Source: Armatimonadota bacterium (GTDB lineage: Bacteria; Armatimonadota; UBA5829; DTLH01). Taken from it: a stretch of DNA of 64,000 bases. The notes beneath the pieces were generated by a model. That model saw only the letters and a program-made list of their open reading frames with translations, was not told the origin of the DNA and made no database searches. The position numbers and the translations under genes were made by a program. The DNA lies in NCBI GenBank assembly GCA_039679675.1, contig JBDKUN010000062.1:81840-145839 (forward strand), read 5' to 3'. Shown here in pieces: positions 1 through 9,316 of the stretch; the first letter of the stretch is position 1; every line of letters starts with the position of its first letter.

Positions 1-669
1 TGATTCTAGGAGTGCTTTGATGTCTATCCCTGCGTATGCAATCGGCAAAAGCCCGACAGCGGAAAGCACGGAATAGCGGCCGCCTACGTCATCCGGGACT
101 ACGAAGGTCTCATAGCCCTGCTCGACCGCAAGGTTTCTGAGGGCACCTTTCTTCGCGTCGGTGGTCGCTGCGATCAGCTTCGCGGCCTTCTCTTTCCCGG
201 CTTTTTCTTCGAGATAGTTTCGTAGAAGCCTGAAAGCTATTGCCGGTTCAGTTGTCGTTCCCGACTTGGATATGATGTTGATTGCAATCCGCTTGCCTTC
301 CAGCTTGCTGAGCAGTTCCTTGTGGTAATGGGCTGATATATTCTGGCCTGCGAAGATAATTCTATCTTTGTCCGGGCCGCCTATAGCTTCTATCACCGCC
401 CTCGCGCCTAAGTATGACCCGCCGATGCCGATGACCACCAGCACATCAGACCCAGCTCTAAGCCGTGCAGCAACCTGCGAGATTCTATCGACCTCTGCAG
501 CGGGCATCATTATCTTGGGTTCCACCCATCCAAGGAAGTCCGAACCCGCGCCGGACCTGGTGTGAAGCATTTCATGACAGAAATCCACATGAGCCTGCCA
601 GGAGTAGACTTCCTCAGGAGTCACCTCCTGGGCAAGGTAAGAAGTATCGAGTTTAATAGGAATAGACAT
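1..669 (-). CDS. pgi: glucose-6-phosphate isomerase, 5' part (runs off the window start)
   Basis: Not in the ORF track. Hand translation from ATG at 669 (GGAGG upstream) gives MSIKLDTSY...[12 protein letters not shown]...[10 protein letters not shown]...[17 protein letters not shown], the PGI signature motifs. Confidence 0.93.
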   Translation of the reverse strand, partial: MSIPIKLDTSYLAQEVTPEEVYSWQAHVDFCHEMLHTRSGAGSDFLGWVEPKIMMPAAEVDRISQVAARLRAGSDVLVVIGIGGSYLGARAVIEAIGGPDKDRIIFAGQNISAHYHKELLSKLEGKRIAINIISKSGTTTEPAIAFRLLRNYLEEKAGKEKAAKLIAATTDAKKGALRNLAVEQGYETFVVPDDVGGRYSVLSAVGLLPIAYAGIDIKALLES

Positions 670-848
670 AATGACCTCCGATCTTCCATAAAATATCCCT
701 CCAAGTTTAGCCTAAGAAGGGGGCAAAGGACAAGCCAAAATATGTCTGTCTGCAATCCTCATAATTATGCTACAATTCAGACATCGTTGTTCGGGGGTTG
801 AGCAGCCCGATGCAGCAAATCATAATGTTTATTAAAGTGGAGGAATGT

Positions 849-1394
849 ATGAACAGGAACGGAAAGGCAGTAACAGGTATTATTCTAGCTGTAGTAATTA
901 TAGCTGCTGCAGCAGTGGCGGGTTTTATATATTACAATAAAACGAAACCAAAACCCTGGACTTGTCCTGAAGGGCGGTTCTCGGTAGCTTTTTCGGGCGA
1001 CCATCGTATTACGACAATGTTCAATAATAAAATTTATAATGCAATGATACCTGTCTACTGCATTACTCAAACGAATGATGACGGATATTGCTATAAAGCC
1101 AAATATTGGGATTTTCCGGCACAGTGGCTGCAAACAGCCGGCAATGAGAACCTCATGAAGACCATGACACAGGTTGTTCTGATGGAAGACCAGGGCTCGG
1201 TCACATCCACAACGGATGCTGTCTATTCAGGATATCCATGTAAGGAATTGGTAATACAATGCGGAACGAACGAATGTGCCTGGGTAAGGATGTTTCTTGT
1301 TAATGGCCGTTCTTATGCCGTGATTGTTACGGGATCTGGTAGTGAGCTTAGCTCTGATGGCCGCAAATTCCTCGACTCATTCAAAATCAACTGA
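849..1394 (+). CDS. hypothetical protein with N-terminal membrane anchor
   Basis: GGAGG before ATG 849; one hydrophobic N-terminal helix followed by a soluble domain ending FLDSFKIN. Confidence 0.65.
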   Translation: MNRNGKAVTGIILAVVIIAAAAVAGFIYYNKTKPKPWTCPEGRFSVAFSGDHRITTMFNNKIYNAMIPVYCITQTNDDGYCYKAKYWDFPAQWLQTAGNENLMKTMTQVVLMEDQGSVTSTTDAVYSGYPCKELVIQCGTNECAWVRMFLVNGRSYAVIVTGSGSELSSDGRKFLDSFKIN

Positions 1395-1480
1395 TAGGGA
1401 ATATCCAAATGTAGTACAATGAAGGGCATTTCCGCAGTTTATCTGCTGCGAGAAGACTTTTTGCAATGAGGAGGCATTCC

Positions 1481-1951
1481 ATGAAAGTAGTTATCGAACG
1501 GGCGCTAGAAAAAGACGCAGACGAGTTAATGGAAGCCCAAAACGCGGCTTTTAAGAGAGATTTTCTTAATTACGGAGAGTGCCCTTCATACATCACTGAG
1601 CGCGGGACGATGGTCGAGAAGATCAGGAAGGCGATATTTTATAAAATCTCGCTCGCAGACGGCAAAATCGTCGGAGGGATAGAGATATATCCCAGAAACG
1701 GCTTCCATTACCACCTCTATATGATCTGCGTCCACCCGGATTACCAGAACAAGGGAATCGGGAGAGACGCAATCGAGTTCATGCTATCCAAACACCCGGA
1801 AGCAATAATCTGGTCGCTTGCCACACCTAAAGATAATCCGCAAACCCGGCATTTGTATGAAAAAGTGGGTTTCGTTAAATCAGCAGAGATCGCATCGCCG
1901 GGAGGCGTCGCACTCGTAATATACGAACTGCTAAACAAAAACGCCCGCTGA
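1481..1951 (+). CDS. GNAT family N-acetyltransferase
   Basis: Motif A VHPDYQNKGIG and HLYEKVGF; GAGGAGG RBS. Confidence 0.88.
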   Translation: MKVVIERALEKDADELMEAQNAAFKRDFLNYGECPSYITERGTMVEKIRKAIFYKISLADGKIVGGIEIYPRNGFHYHLYMICVHPDYQNKGIGRDAIEFMLSKHPEAIIWSLATPKDNPQTRHLYEKVGFVKSAEIASPGGVALVIYELLNKNAR

Positions 1952-1978
1952 ACCCGTGCGGAATAATGATAAATCTAT

Positions 1979-2617
1979 CTAGCGTTGAGTCAGCACTTTG
2001 GCAACTGCTTCTCCAAGCAGGGCATAGCCTTCTGCTTTATAGTGGCATCCATCGCCAGCGCTGAGTTCCGGCCGTCCTGCAACGATGCTGTTCAGGTCGT
2101 TTATAGGAATATTGTATTTTTGCATAATGCCTGCTGCCAGTGCGTTGCGGCGCAGCACAAGGGCGTTATTTTCTGTATCAGGTGTCGATGGATCACCCGG
2201 CGTTGTAACCGGTGTGGAACTGGCCCAGACCAGCTTCGCACCGTGTCCGTATTGTATCAGTAATTGAACCATGTGCTCCAGAAAATAAGCATACACATCA
2301 TCAGGAATATGAGAACCATGGAGGCCGTTATTAAAATGGATGGCTTCATATTGGTATTCACTGAGCATATAATTGATCTCTTTGAAGAGAGCCGGATCAT
2401 TTATGCTTCTTGAATTCGCTAACCGGTCTACATGGAATATGTCTTTTAGCCGATCGATCACTGGTTGAGTGTATCCGACTGATATCGAATCCCCGATCAG
2501 CAAGACCCTTTTCAAGTCGGCATCGTCTGCATGGTCCCACCAGATATTCGACCATTCGTATTCTTCACGCATAATAGCGTTTTGCTGCATCATTTTCTCC
2601 AATTCCCATTCGTGCAA
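1979..2617 (-). CDS. SGNH/GDSL hydrolase family protein (start may be 2593)
   Basis: LIGDSIS block I, HFNNGLH, and DGCH (DxxH) catalytic motif. Confidence 0.85.
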   Translation of the reverse strand: MHEWELEKMMQQNAIMREEYEWSNIWWDHADDADLKRVLLIGDSISVGYTQPVIDRLKDIFHVDRLANSRSINDPALFKEINYMLSEYQYEAIHFNNGLHGSHIPDDVYAYFLEHMVQLLIQYGHGAKLVWASSTPVTTPGDPSTPDTENNALVLRRNALAAGIMQKYNIPINDLNSIVAGRPELSAGDGCHYKAEGYALLGEAVAKVLTQR

Positions 2618-2629
2618 TTCGAAAGGCTC

Positions 2630-3046
2630 TTACCTCGCCCATTTTACTTTGCAGAACCGCTCTTCTTCAAGTGTTTTGAACCGTTCGCGGTTTGTCAGGA
2701 CGGGGATTTTCATATATTTAGCGAGTGCTGCGGATGATGCGGCTGCGGGAGCCAATCCCGATCTATCATAAGCATCAGCAATCATAAGTAGAAACTTTTG
2801 GGATGCATATCGGTCGAACCGGCGCTGCTCTACGATCTCGATGCACTCATGCGTATACAACCATCCCACCCACTGCTCTGCAAGCTTTGCCCCGCACCCG
2901 GCAGTTGCAAGGCAGGCGAACTCAGTGACGGACGCAAGCGTCATATAGCACTTGTGCTCATCCAGCGCTGCTTCGACGTGTTTTCTTAGTAGGGGATCAT
3001 TGAGAGGTATACCTGCGGCGGCTGCGCCATCCAGGACTATAGCCAT
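2630..3046 (-). CDS. PIN/VapC-like protein with degenerate active site
   Basis: MAIVLD start, SVTEF, ALAKYMKIPVLT..F and C-terminal KVKW follow the VapC layout; ATG lies 1 nt after the upstream stop codon. Confidence 0.62.
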   Translation of the reverse strand: MAIVLDGAAAAGIPLNDPLLRKHVEAALDEHKCYMTLASVTEFACLATAGCGAKLAEQWVGWLYTHECIEIVEQRRFDRYASQKFLLMIADAYDRSGLAPAAASSAALAKYMKIPVLTNRERFKTLEEERFCKVKWAR

Positions 3047-3047
3047 A

Positions 3048-3365
3048 TTATAGCGCTCCGGCGTTGAAACGCCCGGCTTCTTCCCTTGCTTCAGCGTCAC
3101 GCATTACATAGCTGTAAGTATCTTCTGTTACGCCTGCTTTGGCACCTTCCGTAAGGAGACGCTCCATAAGGTGCTTACTTTCTGTACGTGAAATTTTCGC
3201 CTGGACTGGTGGAACGGCAAGTTCCTGCACTGCGCCTTCCATTATAAGGTAACGCTGCCCAACTTTGGTTGCTTGGAGCCTGCCTCGTTTTATCCAGTTT
3301 CGTACTGTATATTTGCTGTGCCGCAGCATCGCTGCAGCTTCATCAACCGTCAGCATCCTTTGCAT
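3048..3365 (-). CDS. excisionase-like helix-turn-helix protein with C-terminal extension (putative antitoxin or regulator)
   Basis: MLTVDEAAAMLRHSKYTVRNWIKRGRLQATKVGQRYLI matches the HTH_17/excisionase pattern. Confidence 0.85.
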   Translation of the reverse strand: MQRMLTVDEAAAMLRHSKYTVRNWIKRGRLQATKVGQRYLIMEGAVQELAVPPVQAKISRTESKHLMERLLTEGAKAGVTEDTYSYVMRDAEAREEAGRFNAGAL

Positions 3366-3553
3366 AGCGTATCACCTAATGAGTTTCGAGTTATACCTGA
3401 AACTCCCCGGAAGATTATCGGCTATAGCCTAATTGATTATACCATGATTGTTTGTTTATTGTTCCACTCACTTGTAGTTGTTTGTAGCTACTTGTCGCTT
3501 TTGCAATATCTTATGCTTAGGGACCGCAGTTCGTCCCGAAGCGCAATTCTTCA

Positions 3554-4048
3554 CTACTTGCAGCTGTTTGCAAGTTTCAGAGTGTATTTTCGGGCAAGCC
3601 AGAGCGGGATTATCCCGAATACGCCGAATGAACAGTCTACGAGCCGCCAGTAGAACGGGATTCCTCTTATCGGGCCGCAGATCATCGCAAGCGGGATGAT
3701 GAGCACGCAGGCGATCATCCCGAACTCTATCACCCAGATGTTTCTAATAGGGTCCTTAATAGCGCCAAAGAACGCGATGGCGATCATCAAATGCCCGAAC
3801 GCCAGCCAGTCGGTCCCGTAAGAGAGAAACGGGTACTTTGCGTTGGTTTCCGTGAGACCGTCCCGCACGGTGACGATCCAGTGTGTAAGCCCAGTCGTAG
3901 TTTCTGGCGCAGCGCTGTCGGATGCGCCGAGAATGCGGGCAAATGTCGACACTTCCCACTGTAGGGGAAATGCCGTCAAGCCGCTTAGGACAAGCCCGAT
4001 AGTAAACGCTACAAGCAGAACCCTGATACGGCCCTCAAGTGTCATCAT
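3554..4048 (-). CDS. conserved hypothetical membrane protein
   Basis: Several hydrophobic helices and YGTDWLAFGH; overlaps the stop codon of the epimerase gene. Confidence 0.75.
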   Translation of the reverse strand: MMTLEGRIRVLLVAFTIGLVLSGLTAFPLQWEVSTFARILGASDSAAPETTTGLTHWIVTVRDGLTETNAKYPFLSYGTDWLAFGHLMIAIAFFGAIKDPIRNIWVIEFGMIACVLIIPLAMICGPIRGIPFYWRLVDCSFGVFGIIPLWLARKYTLKLANSCK

Positions 4049-4983
4049 ATGGTCTCGTTGATAAAGTATTTGTAGGTCATCTTGAGCCCTTCCTCAAAAT
4101 CGACCTTGCAGGTGAACCCCATAAGTTCGCGGGCGAGTGAAATATCCCCGACCGAGCGGACGATGTCGCCTACTCTCGGCGGGCCGTAAGAGACGGTGAC
4201 TTTTTGTCCTATCAGCCGTTCCAGCATCTCAAGAAGCTGGCTCAGACTGATCTCAACACCGCTTCCGATGTTCATCACCCGTCCAACTGCTTTGTCCGAC
4301 CGGCAGGCAAGGAGGTTTGCATCGACCACATTCTCTACAAAGATGAAGTCGCGCGTCTGTTTCCCGTCCCCGTATACGGTCGGGGCAAGTCCGTTCACGA
4401 TTGCGTGTGTGAACTTGGGTATAACTGCCGCATAGGCCGAATCAGGGCGCTGACCGGGCCCGAACACGTTCAAATATCTTAGGGCGACGGTCGGCAGGCC
4501 GTAAAGCTCGTAAAAAGCCTTGCAGTAATGTTCCCCGGCGAGCTTAGTGATCGCATAAGGCGAGAGCGGGGATGGCAGGCTGCTTTCCTTTAGAGGCAAG
4601 TCCCGGTTGTCACCGTAGATAGCGCAGGATGATGAAAGCACAACCCGCTTAACACCGGTGTCTCGTGCGGCAAGAAGCACGTTCAGCGTCCCGCCTGAGT
4701 TTACTTCTTCGTTCATTACCGGCTTCTCCACCGAAACAGGCACGGAGATCTGTGCTGCAAGGTGGAGCACATAGTCCGCTCCATGAATGGCCGAAGAGAC
4801 TATTTCACGGTCTCGTACATCGCCCTCGATTATCGTGACTCTTTCGGGAAGCCCTATAAGATTTTTTTTGCTGCCGGTGCTGAAGTTGTCCAGCACCCTT
4901 ACAAAGTGTCCTTCTTCTGCCAGTCTTCTTACGATGTGTGAGCCGATGAACCCGGCTCCGCCAGTAACGGTATAAACAGCCAA
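4045..4983 (-). CDS. NAD-dependent nucleotide-sugar epimerase/dehydratase (extended SDR)
   Basis: TGGAGFIGS, SPYAITK (YxxxK), RYLNVFGP, GDGKQTRDF; TTG start with GGAG RBS. Confidence 0.92.
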   Translation of the reverse strand: MAVYTVTGGAGFIGSHIVRRLAEEGHFVRVLDNFSTGSKKNLIGLPERVTIIEGDVRDREIVSSAIHGADYVLHLAAQISVPVSVEKPVMNEEVNSGGTLNVLLAARDTGVKRVVLSSSCAIYGDNRDLPLKESSLPSPLSPYAITKLAGEHYCKAFYELYGLPTVALRYLNVFGPGQRPDSAYAAVIPKFTHAIVNGLAPTVYGDGKQTRDFIFVENVVDANLLACRSDKAVGRVMNIGSGVEISLSQLLEMLERLIGQKVTVSYGPPRVGDIVRSVGDISLARELMGFTCKVDFEEGLKMTYKYFINETI

Positions 4984-5147
4984 AACAGTATCTCCTCAGA
5001 AATTTTCACTTCCAGAGTATCATTCCACAGTTCAATCGTCAAACGTCAGTTGCGCCTGTTTACTGCTCGTATGTTATAATAAGCAGGCTTTATTTACCAA
5101 AAATGGTTTCAGACCGCACCTGAAACTTTCCCCAAAAGGAGCAGCAA

Positions 5148-5903
5148 ATGACTGATACATCGGTCCTTACAGAGCTTGTAAGGATGTCTCTTAATCTGGC
5201 AAAACCGGAAAATGAATATGTAATACTTGGTGAAGGCAATACTTCGGCCAAGGTAGATGAGAATACTTTCTTCGTTAAGCAGACGGGAGCATATCTCTCC
5301 GAAAGCCGCCCTGAGATATTCGTCGAGATACGGACCAAAGACGTGCTCGATATGTTCGAGTGCGGTGAACTCTCCGATGTGGAGATAAAAGATAGGCTGG
5401 GAGCCGCAAGAGTCAACCAGAACGCCCCCAGGCCGTCAATTGAGACGCTGTTTCATGCGTATTTACTCTCCTTGCCGAACGTAAACTTCGTAGGACACAC
5501 CCACCCGATAGCCGTCAACACCCTCCTTTGCTCAAATGCCGCCGAAGACATCATAAAGAGCAGGATTTTCCCCGACGAGATAGTCTACTGCGGGATTAAG
5601 CCTGTGTTTATGCCCTATGTTGACCCGGGAGTCACCCTTGCGAAGGCCGTGCAGAAGGCTGTAGTCAAGTTTATGGATGAGGAAGGGGTAATCCCGAAGG
5701 TCGTCCTTATGCAGAACCACGGGTTTATCGCGCTCGGCGCTACGGCGAAGGAAGTCGAAGCGATTACGGCGATGTATGTAAAGACTGCCAGGGTCCTTGC
5801 CGGGGCGTACGTCCTTGGAGGAGTCCATTACCTCTCCGATTCAAACATCGAGAGAATCTATACCAGGCCGGACGAGGCCTACAGAAAGCAAAATTTGCAT
5901 TAG
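5148..5903 (+). CDS. class II aldolase/adducin family protein (rhamnulose-1-phosphate aldolase-like)
   Basis: GEGNTSAK, PSIETLFH, GHTHP and QNHG metal-binding motifs; next to a rhamnose isomerase gene. Confidence 0.85.
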   Translation: MTDTSVLTELVRMSLNLAKPENEYVILGEGNTSAKVDENTFFVKQTGAYLSESRPEIFVEIRTKDVLDMFECGELSDVEIKDRLGAARVNQNAPRPSIETLFHAYLLSLPNVNFVGHTHPIAVNTLLCSNAAEDIIKSRIFPDEIVYCGIKPVFMPYVDPGVTLAKAVQKAVVKFMDEEGVIPKVVLMQNHGFIALGATAKEVEAITAMYVKTARVLAGAYVLGGVHYLSDSNIERIYTRPDEAYRKQNLH

Positions 5904-5934
5904 TTCGTTACAATGTCATTCTGGACTACCACAA

Positions 5935-5970
5935 CGTCATGCTGAACTTGATTCAGCATCCAGGAAAGCT
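5935..5970 (+). repeat. CGTC-tagged hairpin repeat, left flank of the GIY-YIG gene
   Basis: CGTCATGCTGAACTTGATTCAGCATCCAGGAAAGCT; stem ATGCTGAA/TTCAGCAT; identical reverse-complement copies at 29427-29462 and 48679-48714. Confidence 0.9.
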
Positions 5971-5972
5971 AT

Positions 5973-6260
5973 ATGTATGTCTACATAATGGCGAGTAAGA
6001 AGAACGGCACGTTGTACATTGGTGTTACCAACGACATCGAGCGAAGAGCTGCGGAGCATAAAGCTGAACTGATTCCTGGCTTCACAGAAAAGTATGGAGT
6101 TAGTATCCTTGTGTGGTTTGAGGAGTTCCAGGGGATAAAGGAAGCTATCGAAAGAGAGAAGCAACTTAAGAACTGGCGGAGAGCCTGGAAGGTAGCTCTT
6201 ATTGAGAAGACTAACCCTGATTGGAAGGATTTAATGGACCCTGAATCAAGTTCAGGGTGA
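5973..6260 (+). CDS. small standalone GIY-YIG nuclease (Ssn-like)
   Basis: YVYIMAS...TLYIGVTNDIERR..EHK, FTEKY, AIEREKQLKNWRRAWK..LIE..NPDW. Confidence 0.92.
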   Translation: MYVYIMASKKNGTLYIGVTNDIERRAAEHKAELIPGFTEKYGVSILVWFEEFQGIKEAIEREKQLKNWRRAWKVALIEKTNPDWKDLMDPESSSG

Positions 6261-6261
6261 C
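6235..6261 (-). repeat. inverted variant copy of the hairpin repeat, right flank of the GIY-YIG gene
   Basis: Reverse complement GTCACCCTGAACTTGATTCAGGGTCCA; compensatory stem changes relative to the left copy; contains the gene's stop codon. Confidence 0.85.
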
Positions 6262-6377
6262 TTGGTTGTTGTGTAGAGTGATGTGTTTTATTCGGAGTGA
6301 CATATTTGTCCGTTCAAGATGATATTTAATTCTCTTTTAGAATAATATCGAATTAAAATCTATTCAGGAGCAAGATT

Positions 6378-7616
6378 ATGTCGAGTAACTGGAAAACTGA
6401 ATATGACCTCCTGGCCGGAAAGCTGGCCGCAAGAGGGGTAGATGTAGAAAAAGTAAAAGCAAGACTGAAATCCCAGCAGATAGAGACCCCGAGCTGGGGT
6501 TACGCGGACTCCGGGACGAGGTTCGGGCCTTATAAACAGGCCGGGTCGGCAGTAACCATAGAAGAGAAGATCGCGGATGCCGCGCAGGTGCACAAATACA
6601 CCGGTATAGCTCCGGGCGTGGCCGTTCACGTCCTCTGGGACTTCCCGAACGGGCTCGCGGATGCCGATTCTCTGGCAAGCTATGCCAAATCGCTCGGAGT
6701 TGCGATAGGCGCGATCAACCCGAACGTCTTTCAGGACAGGGAATATGCCTTCGGAAGCATCACTAACGAGAACCCTAAGGTCCGCGAGATGGCCGTAGCC
6801 CACATGATCGACTGCGTGGAGATCGGCAAGAAGCTCGGATCGAAGACTCTCTCGCTCTGGTTCGCGGACGGGACCGATTATCCGGGGCAGGGGGACTTCA
6901 GAAGAAGAAAAAAATACGCTGAAGAGTCCTTGAAGAGGGTCTACGCCGCCATGCCGGAAGACATGCGGATGCTGATCGAATACAAGCCCTTCGAGCCAGC
7001 CTTCTACCACACCGATTTCGGCGACTGGGGGATGAGCTACAGCTTTGCGAACAAGTGCGGCCCGAACGCCCACGTGCTCGTAGACCTGGGGCATCACTTC
7101 ACCGGCCAGAACATAGAGCATCTGGTGTCGTTCCTGATAGATGAGGAGCGGCTGGGCGGTTTCCACTTTAACAACCACAGATATGCCGATGACGACCTGA
7201 CCGCAGGTTCCGTGAACCCTTATGAGCTCTTCCTGATATATAACGAGATCGTGAAGGCGGAAGATGCCCCTAACGGCAACCCGCCGATAGCTTATATGGT
7301 GGACCAGGCGTTCGTAACCAAGTCGAAGATCGACGCGATGATCCAGACGATAATGAACATCCAGCGGGCTTACGCAAAGTCGATGTGCGTGGACAGAGCA
7401 AAGCTCTACAAGTCGCAGTTGGCTGACGATATAGTGACGGCTGAGGACTGCCTGCAGGATGCGTTTAATACTGACGTTGAGCCTCTCCTCCGCATAGTGA
7501 GAGAAGAGATGGGGCTCGACCCCGACCCGCTCGAAGCGTTCAGAGCGAGCGGCTATTGGGCGAAAGTCAGCAAGGAAAGAGGCGTAAGAACAGGATCAGG
7601 CGGCATCGGAGCCTGA
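6378..7616 (+). CDS. rhaI: L-rhamnose isomerase (RhaI type, xylose isomerase-like TIM barrel)
   Basis: ETPSWGYADSGTRF, EYKPFEPAFYHTD, VDLGHH, GGFHFN, DDDL motifs. Confidence 0.85.
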   Translation: MSSNWKTEYDLLAGKLAARGVDVEKVKARLKSQQIETPSWGYADSGTRFGPYKQAGSAVTIEEKIADAAQVHKYTGIAPGVAVHVLWDFPNGLADADSLASYAKSLGVAIGAINPNVFQDREYAFGSITNENPKVREMAVAHMIDCVEIGKKLGSKTLSLWFADGTDYPGQGDFRRRKKYAEESLKRVYAAMPEDMRMLIEYKPFEPAFYHTDFGDWGMSYSFANKCGPNAHVLVDLGHHFTGQNIEHLVSFLIDEERLGGFHFNNHRYADDDLTAGSVNPYELFLIYNEIVKAEDAPNGNPPIAYMVDQAFVTKSKIDAMIQTIMNIQRAYAKSMCVDRAKLYKSQLADDIVTAEDCLQDAFNTDVEPLLRIVREEMGLDPDPLEAFRASGYWAKVSKERGVRTGSGGIGA

Positions 7617-7638
7617 TTAGAATAGGAGGGCCGGCACA

Positions 7639-7974
7639 TTGAAATCGCGGATTATGTATATCGAGCTGAAAACTCATCCCGGCGGTCACAATGATGCCGG
7701 TCCTGCACGCATCGGCCGCGTCACGTTTTCCAAGACTGGGAGCACATTGTACTACCAGGGGAGGAGCCTCCAGCGTGGGCGGCCTGGCTCCTGTGGCAAT
7801 TATTTTGATACAGACACAGGAGACGTATACTGGATATCCGGCCCCAAAAAGAGCGGTGAAGACCGCTACCCATGGGCGCATCGCACCCCAGTGGAAATCG
7901 ACGAGGAAGTCCGCGAAGAATACTGGACGACCATCAGAAACCAGCCCGAAAAGAAGAACCAAGCAACTACCTGA
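7639..7974 (+). CDS. conserved hypothetical protein
   Basis: AGGAGG RBS with TTG start; GPARIGRVTFSKTG, GNYFD..TG..YWISGPKK.G.DR pattern of a small uncharacterised family. Confidence 0.75.
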   Translation: MKSRIMYIELKTHPGGHNDAGPARIGRVTFSKTGSTLYYQGRSLQRGRPGSCGNYFDTDTGDVYWISGPKKSGEDRYPWAHRTPVEIDEEVREEYWTTIRNQPEKKNQATT

Positions 7975-7996
7975 TTACAGTACATAAAGATCTCAG

Positions 7997-8668
7997 GTGA
8001 TAAGCATGGCACATAAGAAAACCGGAAATGCACTCAAAACAGCCCTACTGTCTATAGGAACAACGATTATTATTTGTATTCTTGTTGGTCATTGTTTCTA
8101 CAGCTTGATCTCTCGGCCGCATGCAGTATCAGGCCCGATGGAAGATGGGTGTCCGGGTTTCACTGTGGTAGCCATGGACGGTGAGCGCCCTGTTACACTC
8201 ATACACGAGTGGTCAGTTCTAGCGACACATTCTTATACTTTTGATCCTGTTAGCGGAGCAAAGAAAAAGATTCCTCGTGCCGACTTGCAGTCCTATGTTG
8301 GATCACCTATTGTTTGGGCAGATACGGGTAGGGCAAAGATGCCTTTGAGATACTACCTCTACAAAAGAGACCTGGCGAAGATTAACTCCAAGTTCAGTAA
8401 CAGTGGCCCAATCATAGATCGCTGCTTCCGTGTAAAGATCATAAAGGATGATGTGAAAAGTAAGTCCCAGACTATAAAAGTGTTGATTATAACTGATAGG
8501 GATGATACTGTCATCATATACAAGGTTAAAGGTGAGCGTGTCTATCCAGTTGGGTGGTCAAGGGTCCGTCGAATTGTTGTAGCCGCCCCAGTGTTGTTGA
8601 TCAGCCCTGTTATTTTAGCGATTTCCATTTGGGCTTGGGCTTTGATTATTAGAAAAACTTCTACTTGA
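7997..8668 (+). CDS. hypothetical membrane protein
   Basis: 223-aa ORF with N- and C-terminal hydrophobic helices; AT-richer than the core genes. Confidence 0.6.
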   Translation: MISMAHKKTGNALKTALLSIGTTIIICILVGHCFYSLISRPHAVSGPMEDGCPGFTVVAMDGERPVTLIHEWSVLATHSYTFDPVSGAKKKIPRADLQSYVGSPIVWADTGRAKMPLRYYLYKRDLAKINSKFSNSGPIIDRCFRVKIIKDDVKSKSQTIKVLIITDRDDTVIIYKVKGERVYPVGWSRVRRIVVAAPVLLISPVILAISIWAWALIIRKTST

Positions 8669-8730
8669 ATCTTCAGTGCGAGTAGTTTTCGCCGAAGTAT
8701 GTGAAATGCAGAAATAGCGAGGGCAAGTAG

Positions 8731-9198
8731 ATGGAGGAACGCAGTTATAGTTTATACAGTGCAGGGACACGAACCGCCATCAAAGTACTGGCAGCGATAT
8801 TTGTGATTTTTCCTGTGATCGCCGGTATAACACTGGGGATTCTGCGTGGTCCTATTAATTCTCTCTTTGGGTTAGTTGCAGCAATGTTGGGTGCCACTTT
8901 TGTATGGTGCCTAGCACATCTTTCAAGATCAGCGAAGTTGTGCATCTCCGACTCAGGACTCGTAGAAACCGCAATGTGGTCAAAGCCAACCAGCGTGACA
9001 TGGGATGGAATACGTAACGTCTCCACGCGAGAGCAACGTCTGTCTCTTTCGCGCTCTCGAGAGACCATTCTCACAATCACTGGTTCACAAGGTGAAGCAG
9101 TAGTTGTCAGTAGTACTGTTCCAGATTGGAATGAGATTATTTTGATCCTAAAAGACAGGTTGCCTCGGCATCAAAGAGATACCTTTTATAGGGAGTAA
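8731..9198 (+). CDS. hypothetical membrane protein (two TM helices plus a possible PH-like domain)
   Basis: Two hydrophobic segments then a beta-rich region (SVTWDGIRNV). Confidence 0.6.
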   Translation: MEERSYSLYSAGTRTAIKVLAAIFVIFPVIAGITLGILRGPINSLFGLVAAMLGATFVWCLAHLSRSAKLCISDSGLVETAMWSKPTSVTWDGIRNVSTREQRLSLSRSRETILTITGSQGEAVVVSSTVPDWNEIILILKDRLPRHQRDTFYRE

Positions 9199-9316
9199 TT
9201 TGAGCAGAAACGGAATCAGGCAGCTTGGTAGATAAGGTCTTGGATGTCGAATAGGGGGGACTTCGGCGCAAAAAGCGTGCGCCGAAGTATATTAAAACGC
9301 TGCATTAGGTGACCCA

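Noticed and set aside
3048..3365. Prophage or ICE excisionase marking a mobile element
   Set aside because: No integrase, att site or phage genes nearby; coupling to a PIN-like gene fits better.
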